The notes below the pieces were generated by a model. It was not told the origin of the DNA, ran no database searches, and saw only the letters and a program-made list of their open reading frames with translations. A DNA stretch of 64,000 bases. It comes from Cenarchaeum sp. (GTDB lineage: Archaea; Thermoproteota; Nitrososphaeria; Nitrososphaerales; Nitrosopumilaceae). The number at the start of each line of letters is the position of its first letter. Positions within the stretch are counted from its first letter, which is position 1. The stretch covers positions 1,536,001-1,600,000 of the forward strand of contig CBDESU010000001.1 of the NCBI GenBank assembly GCA_965242695.1, read 5' to 3'. This document shows positions 9,361 to 18,500 of this stretch, in pieces. Position numbers and translations under genes: made by a program.

Positions 9361-10653
9361 GTGGCATTCGGGCGCACGCACGACATGGCCGGCCTCGACG
9401 AGTCGCTCGTCGGGCAGGAGGTCGGCATCGGCGGGTGGGTCGAGGACGTGCGCGGCATGGCGCGCATGACGTTCCTCGCCCTGCGCGACTCGACGGGCAG
9501 GGCGCAGGTCGTCGTAAAGGGCGACGATGCCGCCGTGTCGGCGGCAGCCTCCATCCCGCGCCAGAGCGCCGTCGTCGCAAGGGGAAGGGTCCAGGCCACG
9601 CGGGCGCGCGGCCTGTCAGTCGAGGTCGCCGCCGACTCTGTCGACGTGCTCGGCAGGGCATCGCCCCGCCTCCCGATCGACCCGACCGGCCGCCTCGAGA
9701 GCGGCCTGGACCTGCGCCTTGACGCGCGCGCGCTCGACATGCGCGGGCGCCGCGCGCCGGCCGTCTTTCGCATGCGGCACCACGCGCTTGCCGCGATCCG
9801 TGACGAGCTGTCGTCGGCCGGATTCACCGAGATTACGACGCCAAAGATCATCGGCAGCGCGAGCGAGGGCGGGGCCAACCTGTTCTCGCTAGAGTACTTT
9901 GGCAGGACGGCGTACCTGGCGCAGAGCCCGCAGCTGTACAAGGAGCAGATGACGATGGGGCTCGAGCGCGTCTACGAGATCGCCAACTTTTACCGGGCCG
10001 AAAAGTCGCACACGGGTCGGCACCTGACCGAGTTTACATCCGTAGACATAGAGGCCGCATTCATGGACTATACCGACGTCATGGACGTGCTCGAGGGGCT
10101 CGTCTCGGCAGTCTGCGCCCGCCTGTCCTCCAGGTGCGGGGCCGAGGCAGGGGAGCTGGGCGCGAGCATACCGAGCCCGAAGAGGCCGTTCGAGCGCGTA
10201 ACATACGGGCAGGCCGTGGCCGAGCTTGCAGAGGCCGGCGAGCCCGTAGAGTCCGGCGCAGACCTGCTCGACTCGCACCTGCGCATCATCGGCAGGAACC
10301 ACCCGGGGTTCTTCTTCCTGACCGACTGGCCGACGGCGCTAAAGCCGTTCTACATACGCGCAAAGGACGACGATCCGTCCCTGTCGAGGTCGTTCGACCT
10401 GCAGCACGGGTACCTCGAGCTGTCCTCGGGCGGGACGCGCCTGCACGACCCCGGCGCGATCGAGGAGCGCCTGCGCGGGCAGGGGCTCGACCCCGCGCAG
10501 TTCGCCGGCCACCTGAAGACGTTCGAGTGGGGCATGCCGCCGCACTCTGGGTGGGGGATGGGCCTGGACAGGCTCGTAGCCGTAATGGCCGGCCTGGACA
10601 ACGTGCGCGAGGCCGTCCTGTACCCGCGCGACCCCGACAGGCTCTCGCCGTAG
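9361..10653 (+). CDS. aspS: Aspartyl-tRNA synthetase (archaeal, probably non-discriminating)
   Basis: OB-fold (GGWVEDVR...FLALRDSTG), AYLAQSPQLYK, YRAEKSHTGRHLTEF and GMPPHSGWGMGLDRL motifs; ends YPRDPDRLSP. Confidence 0.96.
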   Translation: MAFGRTHDMAGLDESLVGQEVGIGGWVEDVRGMARMTFLALRDSTGRAQVVVKGDDAAVSAAASIPRQSAVVARGRVQATRARGLSVEVAADSVDVLGRASPRLPIDPTGRLESGLDLRLDARALDMRGRRAPAVFRMRHHALAAIRDELSSAGFTEITTPKIIGSASEGGANLFSLEYFGRTAYLAQSPQLYKEQMTMGLERVYEIANFYRAEKSHTGRHLTEFTSVDIEAAFMDYTDVMDVLEGLVSAVCARLSSRCGAEAGELGASIPSPKRPFERVTYGQAVAELAEAGEPVESGADLLDSHLRIIGRNHPGFFFLTDWPTALKPFYIRAKDDDPSLSRSFDLQHGYLELSSGGTRLHDPGAIEERLRGQGLDPAQFAGHLKTFEWGMPPHSGWGMGLDRLVAVMAGLDNVREAVLYPRDPDRLSP

Positions 10654-10713
10654 CGCGCGGGCCCCCGCATACTTGGGAATATCCTTTAATGCAAAACGGG
10701 GCGGCCGCTCTGC

Positions 10714-11547
10714 ATGGGCGCGGACGTGACCCTGGCGATAGCGGCCCTTGCGGGCCTCGGCTCGTTCGTCGCCCCGTGCGTCCTGCCGATGATCCCCGCG
10801 TTCCTTGCGTACATATCGGGCACGACCGTCTCGGAGATGGCGCGCGCGGCGCCAGGCGGGGCCGCCTCGGGGGGGACCCCGAGGCGCGGCATGGATGGCC
10901 CCGGCAGGACGGCGGCGGCCGCGGCGGGGGCGGCGGCGGCGACCGTGCCCGACCCCGCCGCCTCTGTGAGCCGCGCCGGCATCATGCTCAACACGGCGTT
11001 CTTCGTCCTCGGCTTTTCCGTCGTGTTCGCAGCCGTCGGGGCCCTGATAAACAGCGTCCTGGCCGAGTCCGCCTCGGGGTTCGTGTCGGGGTTCAACCAG
11101 GTCGGAGGCGCCATCATAATCGCGTTCGGCGCGTTCATGCTGCTCTCGACGCGCGTGCGCTTCCTCAACCTCGAGAGGCGCCTCGTCCCCAGGAGGGCGG
11201 GCGCGAGCTACCCGATGTCGTTCGTGTTCGGCCTGTCGTTTGCCGCCGGATGGACGCCGTGCGTGGGGCCCGTCCTGGGCACGATACTGACCCTTGCGGC
11301 GGCGACGCCGTCGACTGCGTTCGGGCTGCTGCTCGCGTACTCGCTCGGCCTGGGCGTGCCGTTCCTGCTGATGGGGGCGTTCTTCTCGCGGGCCACCCCC
11401 GTCATACGCGCCATGGGCCGCCACATGAGGCACTACACGGTCGCCGTCGGCCTGCTCATAGTGCTGCTCGGCGCGCTTGTGATCACGGGCCAGCTCTCGC
11501 ACCTGGCCAGCTTTCCCCTCCTCAACGAGCTGGTGCTGCTCGGATGA
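10714..11547 (+). CDS. ccdA: Cytochrome c biogenesis CcdA / DsbD transmembrane domain protein
   Basis: AGLGSFVAPCVLPMIP and GWTPCVGPVLG Cys motifs, with multiple hydrophobic segments. Confidence 0.9.
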   Translation: MGADVTLAIAALAGLGSFVAPCVLPMIPAFLAYISGTTVSEMARAAPGGAASGGTPRRGMDGPGRTAAAAAGAAAATVPDPAASVSRAGIMLNTAFFVLGFSVVFAAVGALINSVLAESASGFVSGFNQVGGAIIIAFGAFMLLSTRVRFLNLERRLVPRRAGASYPMSFVFGLSFAAGWTPCVGPVLGTILTLAAATPSTAFGLLLAYSLGLGVPFLLMGAFFSRATPVIRAMGRHMRHYTVAVGLLIVLLGALVITGQLSHLASFPLLNELVLLG

Positions 11548-12797
11548 CCGGCGAAAAAAGGCCGGCGGGCAGGGCCGCGCTCTACACGGGGATCGGCGTG
11601 GCCGCGACGGTCGCCGCGCTCGCCGTCGGCCTTGCCGCGCTCGACGACCAGGCGGCGACCGTCGGCGGCCCCGGGGGATCCGCAACGGGAATGCCGCCCG
11701 ACGCGCCCGTCACCGCGGCCGGCACGATAGACAAGTCGCGGTTCCGCCAGGCGCCCGGGCTTGCCGGCATCGCCGCCTACATCAACACGGCCGGCGCCGA
11801 CGAGCTCGCCGCCGAGATCGACGGCAAGGTCGTCCTGTACGACATCTGGACGTACTCTTGCATCAACTGCATCCGGACGCTCCCGCACCTGACGGCCTGG
11901 TCCGAAAAGTACGCCGAGGACGGCCTCGTCGTCGTCGGCGTGCACTCGCCCGAGTTCGAGTTCGAAAAGGACGAGTCGAACGTGCGCCGCGCCGTGGAAA
12001 AGCACGGGATAGCATACCCCGTCGTAATGGACAACGACATGGAGACGTGGGACGCCTTCAAGAACCGCTACTGGCCGCACCGCTTCCTGGCCGACCACGA
12101 GGGGTACATCCGGTACGACCACATCGGCGAGGGCGCGTACCCCGAGACCGAGCGCGTCCTGCAGGGGCTGCTCGCCGAGAGGTCTGCCGCGCTCGGCGCG
12201 GCTGCCGGGGAGGCTCCCGAGCCAGTCGGCGCATCCGATGCCGCCGGCATGGATCTCGTCGACCTCGAGGCTTTCGAGCACACGCGGTTCATGACGCCCG
12301 AGCTGTACCTCGGGTACGCGTTCGCGTACGGCCGCAGCCACCTCGGAAACGCCGAGGGGTTCTCGCCCGGCTCGGACGTAGAGTACGCGCTGCCCGCGGC
12401 GGCCGGCGAGCGGCGCGACCTGTTCTACGTCGGCGGCACGTGGGCCAACGAGGAGGGCCACATGCGGCTCGTCTCCGAGTCCGGCTCGATCGTCGTCCGC
12501 TACTATGCAAAGGAGGTCAATATAGTCGCCGGCGGCGATGCCGAGATCGAGGTCACCGTCGACGGCAGGCCGGTTCCCGAGGGGCTGCGCGGATCGGACA
12601 TGGGCGTACCGGCGGCGCCCGGAGCCCCCGCGGGCGGCCAGGCGCAGGCCGAGGTGTCGGACGCCCCAGCCACCGTCGTCCCCGTCGCGGGCCACGACCT
12701 GTACAACGTCGTCAGCGGCGGGCAGGCCGAGGAGCACGTCCTGCGGCTCGACGTGAGGGGGCCCGGCCTGGCGGTGTACACGTTCACGTTCGGGTAG
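11544..12797 (+). CDS. Membrane-anchored thioredoxin-like protein (DipZ C-terminal type)
   Basis: N-terminal TM, DIWTYSCINCIRTLP, GVHSPEFEFEK and TPELYLG motifs; ends YTFTFG. ATGA overlap with ccdA. Confidence 0.9.
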   Translation: MTGEKRPAGRAALYTGIGVAATVAALAVGLAALDDQAATVGGPGGSATGMPPDAPVTAAGTIDKSRFRQAPGLAGIAAYINTAGADELAAEIDGKVVLYDIWTYSCINCIRTLPHLTAWSEKYAEDGLVVVGVHSPEFEFEKDESNVRRAVEKHGIAYPVVMDNDMETWDAFKNRYWPHRFLADHEGYIRYDHIGEGAYPETERVLQGLLAERSAALGAAAGEAPEPVGASDAAGMDLVDLEAFEHTRFMTPELYLGYAFAYGRSHLGNAEGFSPGSDVEYALPAAAGERRDLFYVGGTWANEEGHMRLVSESGSIVVRYYAKEVNIVAGGDAEIEVTVDGRPVPEGLRGSDMGVPAAPGAPAGGQAQAEVSDAPATVVPVAGHDLYNVVSGGQAEEHVLRLDVRGPGLAVYTFTFG

Positions 12798-12838
12798 GGC
12801 CGCCGGCGGGCGGCGCGACCGCCCTGTCACCGCCGCCC

Positions 12839-12882
12839 GTGTATCCGCGGATACGCCGGCCGCGGATACACCGCGCATTAAA
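12839..12882 (+). promoter_or_regulatory. Inverted-repeat operator candidate plus TATA-like ATTAAA upstream of the CdvB paralogue
   Basis: GTGTATCCGCGG (12839-12850) and CCGCGGATACAC (12860-12871) form a perfect 12-bp inverted repeat; it includes the palindrome GTATCCGCGGATAC. Confidence 0.45.
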
Positions 12883-12911
12883 GCCGGCCCCGCCACCAAG
12901 CGCGGACGCGC

Positions 12912-13583
12912 ATGCACACCAAATGGACGGACTCTGGGAGGCGGGCGAACCTGTCGGGCAGGGTAATGTCCAGGGTGCGCCACGAGGCGCCCCTCAAGAG
13001 CCGCATAGCGGCCGCCCGCGGCGGCCTCGGTTCGCAGGTCGAAAAGCTCGCATCCCTTGACGAAAAGCTCAGGCGCAAGGAGCGGGGCATATTCGAGAGG
13101 ATCGTCGCGGCCACAAAGTCCAACGACCACGCGCACGCGCGCATGTACGCGTCGGAGCTAGCCGAGGTGCGCAAGATACTGCGCATCGTGGACAACGCAA
13201 AGCTGTCGCTCGAGCAGATACGGATACGCCTCGACACCATCTCCGAGATGGGCGACATCGTCGTGACGCTCACGCCGTGCATGGCCGTCATCAAGGACGT
13301 GAGCGCGTCAGTCGGCGGGCTCATCCCCGAGGCGAACTCTTCCATAGGCGACCTCTCGCGCATACTCGGCGAGGTCCTGTCCGACTCGCAGGTCGGCGAC
13401 GCGGCCGTCTCGGCCGCCGGCGCGGCCGTCTCGGCCGGCGCGGCCGGCGGCGCGAGCCCCGAGGCGTCTAGCATACTCGACGAGGCGCAGGCGCTCGTCG
13501 CCGGCCAGGCCAAGGCGAGCCTGCCCGACCTGCCCGACAACCTCAAGCAGGACATACTGAGCCGGCGCGAGGCGTACGCCTAG
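12912..13583 (+). CDS. cdvB: ESCRT-III / Snf7 family cell-division protein (CdvB paralogue)
   Basis: Coiled-coil Snf7 pattern: ARMYASELAEVRK...KLSLEQIRIRLDTISEMGDIVVTL...ILDEA...LPDLP. Confidence 0.88.
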   Translation: MHTKWTDSGRRANLSGRVMSRVRHEAPLKSRIAAARGGLGSQVEKLASLDEKLRRKERGIFERIVAATKSNDHAHARMYASELAEVRKILRIVDNAKLSLEQIRIRLDTISEMGDIVVTLTPCMAVIKDVSASVGGLIPEANSSIGDLSRILGEVLSDSQVGDAAVSAAGAAVSAGAAGGASPEASSILDEAQALVAGQAKASLPDLPDNLKQDILSRREAYA

Positions 13584-13924
13584 GGATCGGGGACCTTTTC
13601 GGCAAGCGCCTTCTTTATCCGGGATATGGTCGGGTAGCTGTACCCCTTGCGGCGGTAGCTCTGTATCATCGTCTTCCAGTTGTCCAGGCGCCACCTCGCC
13701 TGCTCGCCCGTCACCGAGTGCACCTCGCGCCGTATGATGCTCTTGCGGCCGACCCTCAGGGCGCCGGCCTCGCTGGCCGCGCGGCGGCTCTCGGCGAACT
13801 TTAGGCCGGCGAGTATGTCCTCGACCGGCATCGCCTCAAAGTAGCGCCGCAGCTGCGCCTCCTGCTCGGGCGAGGGCCCGCCGCCGCGGACGGGCAGCTC
13901 GACGGTGCGCCGCTCGGGTTCCAC
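13580..13924 (-). CDS. Small hypothetical protein, probably a conserved thaumarchaeal family
   Basis: Non-random protein from GTG at 13924: ...LRVGRKSIIRREVHSVT.EQARWRL.NWKTMI..YRRKGYSYPTISRIKK. Confidence 0.7.
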   Translation of the reverse strand: MEPERRTVELPVRGGGPSPEQEAQLRRYFEAMPVEDILAGLKFAESRRAASEAGALRVGRKSIIRREVHSVTGEQARWRLDNWKTMIQSYRRKGYSYPTISRIKKALAEKVPDP

Positions 13925-14115
13925 GGATGCGGCCGAATGCGCCCCGCTAAAAAGGGCGCCGGCGCAGCGGCCCGCCGCCGCGCAGGCGCCCGCACCCGCG
14001 ATCCTGCGGCCCGTGTTCCCGGCCGGCGCACGCCCGGATGCCGGAACAGGGCGCGCCCTTTTCACCCCTGCCGCCGGCCCCGGGCATATGCAGGGCGAGG
14101 AATCGTACCGCCGCG

Positions 14116-14982
14116 TCACGCCGGCCCGCGGGCCGATGCCGCAATCCGCCCGGCATCATCCCTCTCCGCATCCCTGGCTGCCCACTCGTCGGGCACCTGC
14201 AGCAGCTCGCCCCTCTCGACCCTCTCGATGAACTCGCCCATTGGAATCGACTCGTCGTTCTTCCTGCTGCGGATCACCTCTTCGCGGTGCCTCCTGAACT
14301 CGTCGCGCGCCCTGCGCCCCTTGGCGGTGATGCGGTAGACGTCGAACCTGCTGTACCCGGACGGGTTCCTGCAGTGCAGCTCGATCAGGCCGTCCCTCAC
14401 GGCCTCCCTTAGGCGCTCGTCCGCATCGTCGCCGACCCACTCCGCCACGTACTTTAGGTCTTCCTCCTGCATCAGCTCCACCCCGCGCAGGGCGGGAATG
14501 ACGGGGTTCAGGGGGCGCGGCAACGAGCGCATGTACCGGCTGTATAGCTTTAGCTGCTCACCGAATGACACCCGCTTTTCCATACTTGGCAATGATCTCC
14601 GCCTTCCTACGCCTAGTAGTAGTATATTAACATGATCCGACGGCGGAATCGGACACCCCGCATGAAGGTGAACTTCCCCTTCACCGGCGTAGGTGGCGTC
14701 CTTTTCAGTGCCAAACCGTTCTTTTGGGCTTATTTGCATGCGCGGGTACGGAGAGTAGCGGACGGGTTGGATCCAGCCCCTGAGTGATCGCACGTCGTAT
14801 GTGATCTGGGCGGCGGCGTCCGCGTCCAAGGACGGATTCGACTCTCCCACTGTGGTGGACACCCTATCCTGCGAGTCGCCTGCTTTCCGCCATCGCCCGT
14901 GCAGGTAGTTGCCAAGTTCGTCCACATCCCCTATGAACCGGTGCAGTTTGTCCGCCTTTTTTGTGGCCCTGACATGAGCCAC
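14116..14982 (-). CDS. Hypothetical protein with a C-terminal winged-helix-like domain
   Basis: LREAVRDGLIE...YRITAKGRRA resembles a wHTH wing. GC content changes within the ORF at about 14550. Confidence 0.5.
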   Translation of the reverse strand: MAHVRATKKADKLHRFIGDVDELGNYLHGRWRKAGDSQDRVSTTVGESNPSLDADAAAQITYDVRSLRGWIQPVRYSPYPRMQISPKERFGTEKDATYAGEGEVHLHAGCPIPPSDHVNILLLGVGRRRSLPSMEKRVSFGEQLKLYSRYMRSLPRPLNPVIPALRGVELMQEEDLKYVAEWVGDDADERLREAVRDGLIELHCRNPSGYSRFDVYRITAKGRRARDEFRRHREEVIRSRKNDESIPMGEFIERVERGELLQVPDEWAARDAERDDAGRIAASARGPA

Positions 14983-15000
14983 GTTAAAACCTTCTAGGCA

Positions 15001-15480
15001 CTATACGAGATGCCGCCACTCGCCGTAGATGCTCTTGCCGTCTGCGTCTGTGATCCGGCCGCTTTTGAGCCATTCGCTCATGATGCTGTCGGCTGTCGAA
15101 TGTTCCGACGTAGATAGCGCCTTTGCAAATACTGTCATGTCCGTGTCAAATGCCAACTGGGCATTCGCCACATTAACGAGATTCTTTCCCAAGGGCGCAT
15201 TGGCAAAGTCCACATCCGGCGCCTTGTTGAAGTCGACGCCTTCTTTGATGCCGTAGTAGTCAGCCGCATCCATGATCTTGTTTATGCTCAGGTTGTGGTC
15301 TTTGATGACTACACGCGCGTCTTGTGATATGCCATCACCATTATGTTGCCGCCAGCCGGATGACTCGTGCCTTGGGATGTATTTTCGAATGTCCATTTTT
15401 TGGCGCCCGTGCGGCCACAATTTAAGCCAAGCGTGTCGCGCTTTCGGCCCTCTCTGCGCACCTGCCCTCTTCGGCGCCAT
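15001..15480 (-). CDS. Hypothetical protein (lower GC)
   Basis: Globular-looking 130-160 aa ORF in a lower-GC patch; no family recognised. Confidence 0.55.
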   Translation of the reverse strand: MAPKRAGAQRGPKARHAWLKLWPHGRQKMDIRKYIPRHESSGWRQHNGDGISQDARVVIKDHNLSINKIMDAADYYGIKEGVDFNKAPDVDFANAPLGKNLVNVANAQLAFDTDMTVFAKALSTSEHSTADSIMSEWLKSGRITDADGKSIYGEWRHLV

Positions 15481-15547
15481 GTCGACTTGGGCGCACGACA
15501 GCCATGCGCCGCCGCGCGTGTCCGCTATACTTGGACTGGAATGGCGC

Positions 15548-18500
15548 CTACCAGTCGCACGAGGCCGTGTACTCTATGGACTGAGACATCTCGCCCATGC
15601 CGTCAAGCGACTGCACCGCCCTGAGGTTGAGGCGGAGCAGGAGGCCCGCCTCGGCGGCCGGCTCGAGCCCCCGCGCGACCAGGGTCGGCTTTGACGGATC
15701 GCCCGACACGGCGGCAAACCTGGCCGCCGGGGCCGACAGCTCGTCGACGTACTCGGTCAGCGTCGCCGGGAGGGCCGGCACGGCGCCGCCCGTCCCCGTG
15801 TCCCACTCGCCCGGGCCGAGCGCGACGCGCGCGAGATCCAGCGTGCCCGTGTTGGCCATGGACTGGCGCACCGGACTCGATGCGGCGCGCGCCTTGACGG
15901 GGCCAAAGTCCAGGTCGGGGCTTGCAAGGGACATGGAGCACGTGTCGATGCCGCGCTCGGCGTGCGCGCGAAGCCATGCGCCGGTCTCGGCATCCATCCT
16001 CCACACGTCGTACGTGATGGGCAGGCCCAGGTAGCCCGTCGCCGCATCGAGCCGCACGTTTCCGAGCGCGCCAGCGTACGCCAGGGCCGCATCGCCCATG
16101 TGCCGCGATATCTCGGTCGCGGACGGGGCTGATGCGGAGGCGTTCGTTCCGTTCGCGCCCTCCGCCCGCTCGGCGGCAAGCGCCGCGGCCCGCCCGACCA
16201 CCTGCACCGCATCGTACGCCGAGTACGCCCTGGCCGCCCCGCCCTGGCCGGGGCCGACAAGGGCATCGACGCGGAGGGCGGCGGGGGTAGCCGCATACCC
16301 CTCTATGGAAGAGCCCGCCGCGGCCCCGGCCCCGATCCCTCCGCCCCCTACGCCGAACGCGACCGCATCAAGGCCCGTCGATGCCGCCAGCGCCGCGGCC
16401 GCCGGCGAGGCCTCGACGAGCGGCGAGGCGGCCACGCCGCCGGCCGCAAGCCATCTCGTGCCCGACAGGGACGGCAGGCCGCCCGGCGCCGACGCGGCGG
16501 CCTCGGCGATCTTTACGTACTCTGCGGCGGACCCGAGGTACAGCACGGCGACTCGGTTGTCGCCGACCTGCCCCTTTAGCAGGGCCAGGTTCAGGTCGAG
16601 GTCGGGCGCGTCCGCGGCCCATCCGGCGTGCGGGGCGGTAAAGTTGAACTCGGCCCGCCTCGTGCGGTCGTAGTTTAGCGCGCCCGCGTCGAATCCGTTG
16701 ACGATGCCGCCGGCGTCGCGCAGGTGCCCGAGTACGATCCCGTACAGCCCGTGCGAGAACGGCGCGGCGCCGGACCTTGCCGGCGCCGGCTCGCCGAACG
16801 CGTCGGACTGGATTATGGGAAACAGCACGTCGATCTCGGGGCCGATCGCCGCCGAGAGCGCGTACGCGAGGTGCTCGCCGCCTGGCGCGAGGCGGTACAG
16901 CGTTTCGCCGCCGGCGTACCCCGCGGGCGGGGACGGCGCCGACGAGGCCGCGGTGGCGACGAGCACGGCGCCCATGCCGGCGGCATGCCCCAATACGGTC
17001 GAGTTTTGCAGCGGGCCGACGGGGGTGGCAAGGACCTCGTCGGGCAGGGTCGTCACGTACGCGGCCGGGCCGAGCCCTGCGCCGCGGCTCTCCCGCAGGG
17101 CCGCGATCGCCAGCGCCGCCCTGCGGTCGGCCCAGCCGCCGGACGCCTCGACATCGAGCGCGCCGGGCGCCTCGACAGCGGCAAGCGACAGGAACGGGCC
17201 GGCCGATGGCGCGCCGGCGCCCGGATCCCGGGCGGACGCCCGCTCCCTGTTGAAGTCGCACGCGGCCAGGGCGGCCGCCCTCGAGTCGGCATCCGTCGCG
17301 TTGGCCGCAAGCAGTCCGATGCCGACGAACGCGCCGGCGCCGCCGTTTACCGCCACGCTCCCCCCTGCAGCCGCAGCCGCGGCCGAGAACGAGCCGGGCC
17401 CTCCCGGCGCCGCCGGCATCGACAGATCGGCCCTGTTGCCGGCTGCATCGGTAATCGACGAGCCGCGCGAATCAAGGGGGTGCTCCGACGCGTAGTCGAG
17501 CTCCGGCGCAGACTCGCCGGGCAGGACCGTATACGAAAAGAGCAGCGAGGCCGTCCCCGATCCCGACCCGTACGCGGCAGTGCCGTTCCCCGGCCCGCAA
17601 AACTCGTCGGATGCGGGCGGTGCGCGCCCTTCGCCGCCGCCGGCGATTCCCAGGGCCAGGGTCGGCGGCAGGCCGGCCGATGCGCCCCCTGCCGCAGGGG
17701 GCGCCGCCCTCACGACCACCGGCTCGGTGAATGTCACGTTGGCGGCGATCTGCGAGTACGGGCCGAGCGTGTGCGCGGCGCCCCCCGCGGCGAGCGGCAT
17801 CGGCGCGGCGGCATCTCCGCCGAACATGCCAAACGACTCGACGGCAGGCGCCTCGGAGTCGAGCGATGCAAACGTGCGCACCGCTCCGCCGCCGCCTCCG
17901 GATGCGGCGCCTGCGGCCAGTATCGAGCCGTCGGGGGCCGCGCCGAGGCCGTACGGCGCGCCGTACGAGGCGGCATGCCTGGCGCCGTAGGGATCGGCCC
18001 CGCCGGTTCCGCCCCCGTCCCTGTCGAACTGCGAGACGGGCCGGCCCGCATAGTCGAATACCTGCACGCGGGGCCCGAATGCGGCCGAGCCTCCTGCATC
18101 GGCCACGATGATCCTGTCGCCGCCGTCTACCGCTACGGCCTCTGGCATGAACACGCCCCCGGCGCCGAGCCCGAAGGATGCGACCGTGCCGGCCGGGCCG
18201 CCCTGCGCGCCGCCCTCCCAAGAGCCGGCGCCAAACACTCGCACCGCATGCGCGCCGCGCTCGGCGACGACCAGGGACCCGTCGGACATGAACGCGGCAT
18301 CGACGGGATCGTCAAGGCCCGCTATGCGTCCGATCTGCGCGCCGTCCGCGGCGACCAGGCGGACCGATCCGGCCGAGGGGTCGGCGATTGCGGCCGTGCC
18401 GCCCGGGCCGACGGCGACTCCGGCCGGCCTCCCCGGGTCGCCGCCCTCGTAGAGGACGCCCGCGGAAGAGCCGTCGCCGGCAGACAGCATGCCTACCGCA

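Noticed and set aside
10134-11543. 887-aa ORF extending the thioredoxin gene upstream
   Set aside because: The upstream part overlaps aspS and ccdA out of frame; the real start is 11544.
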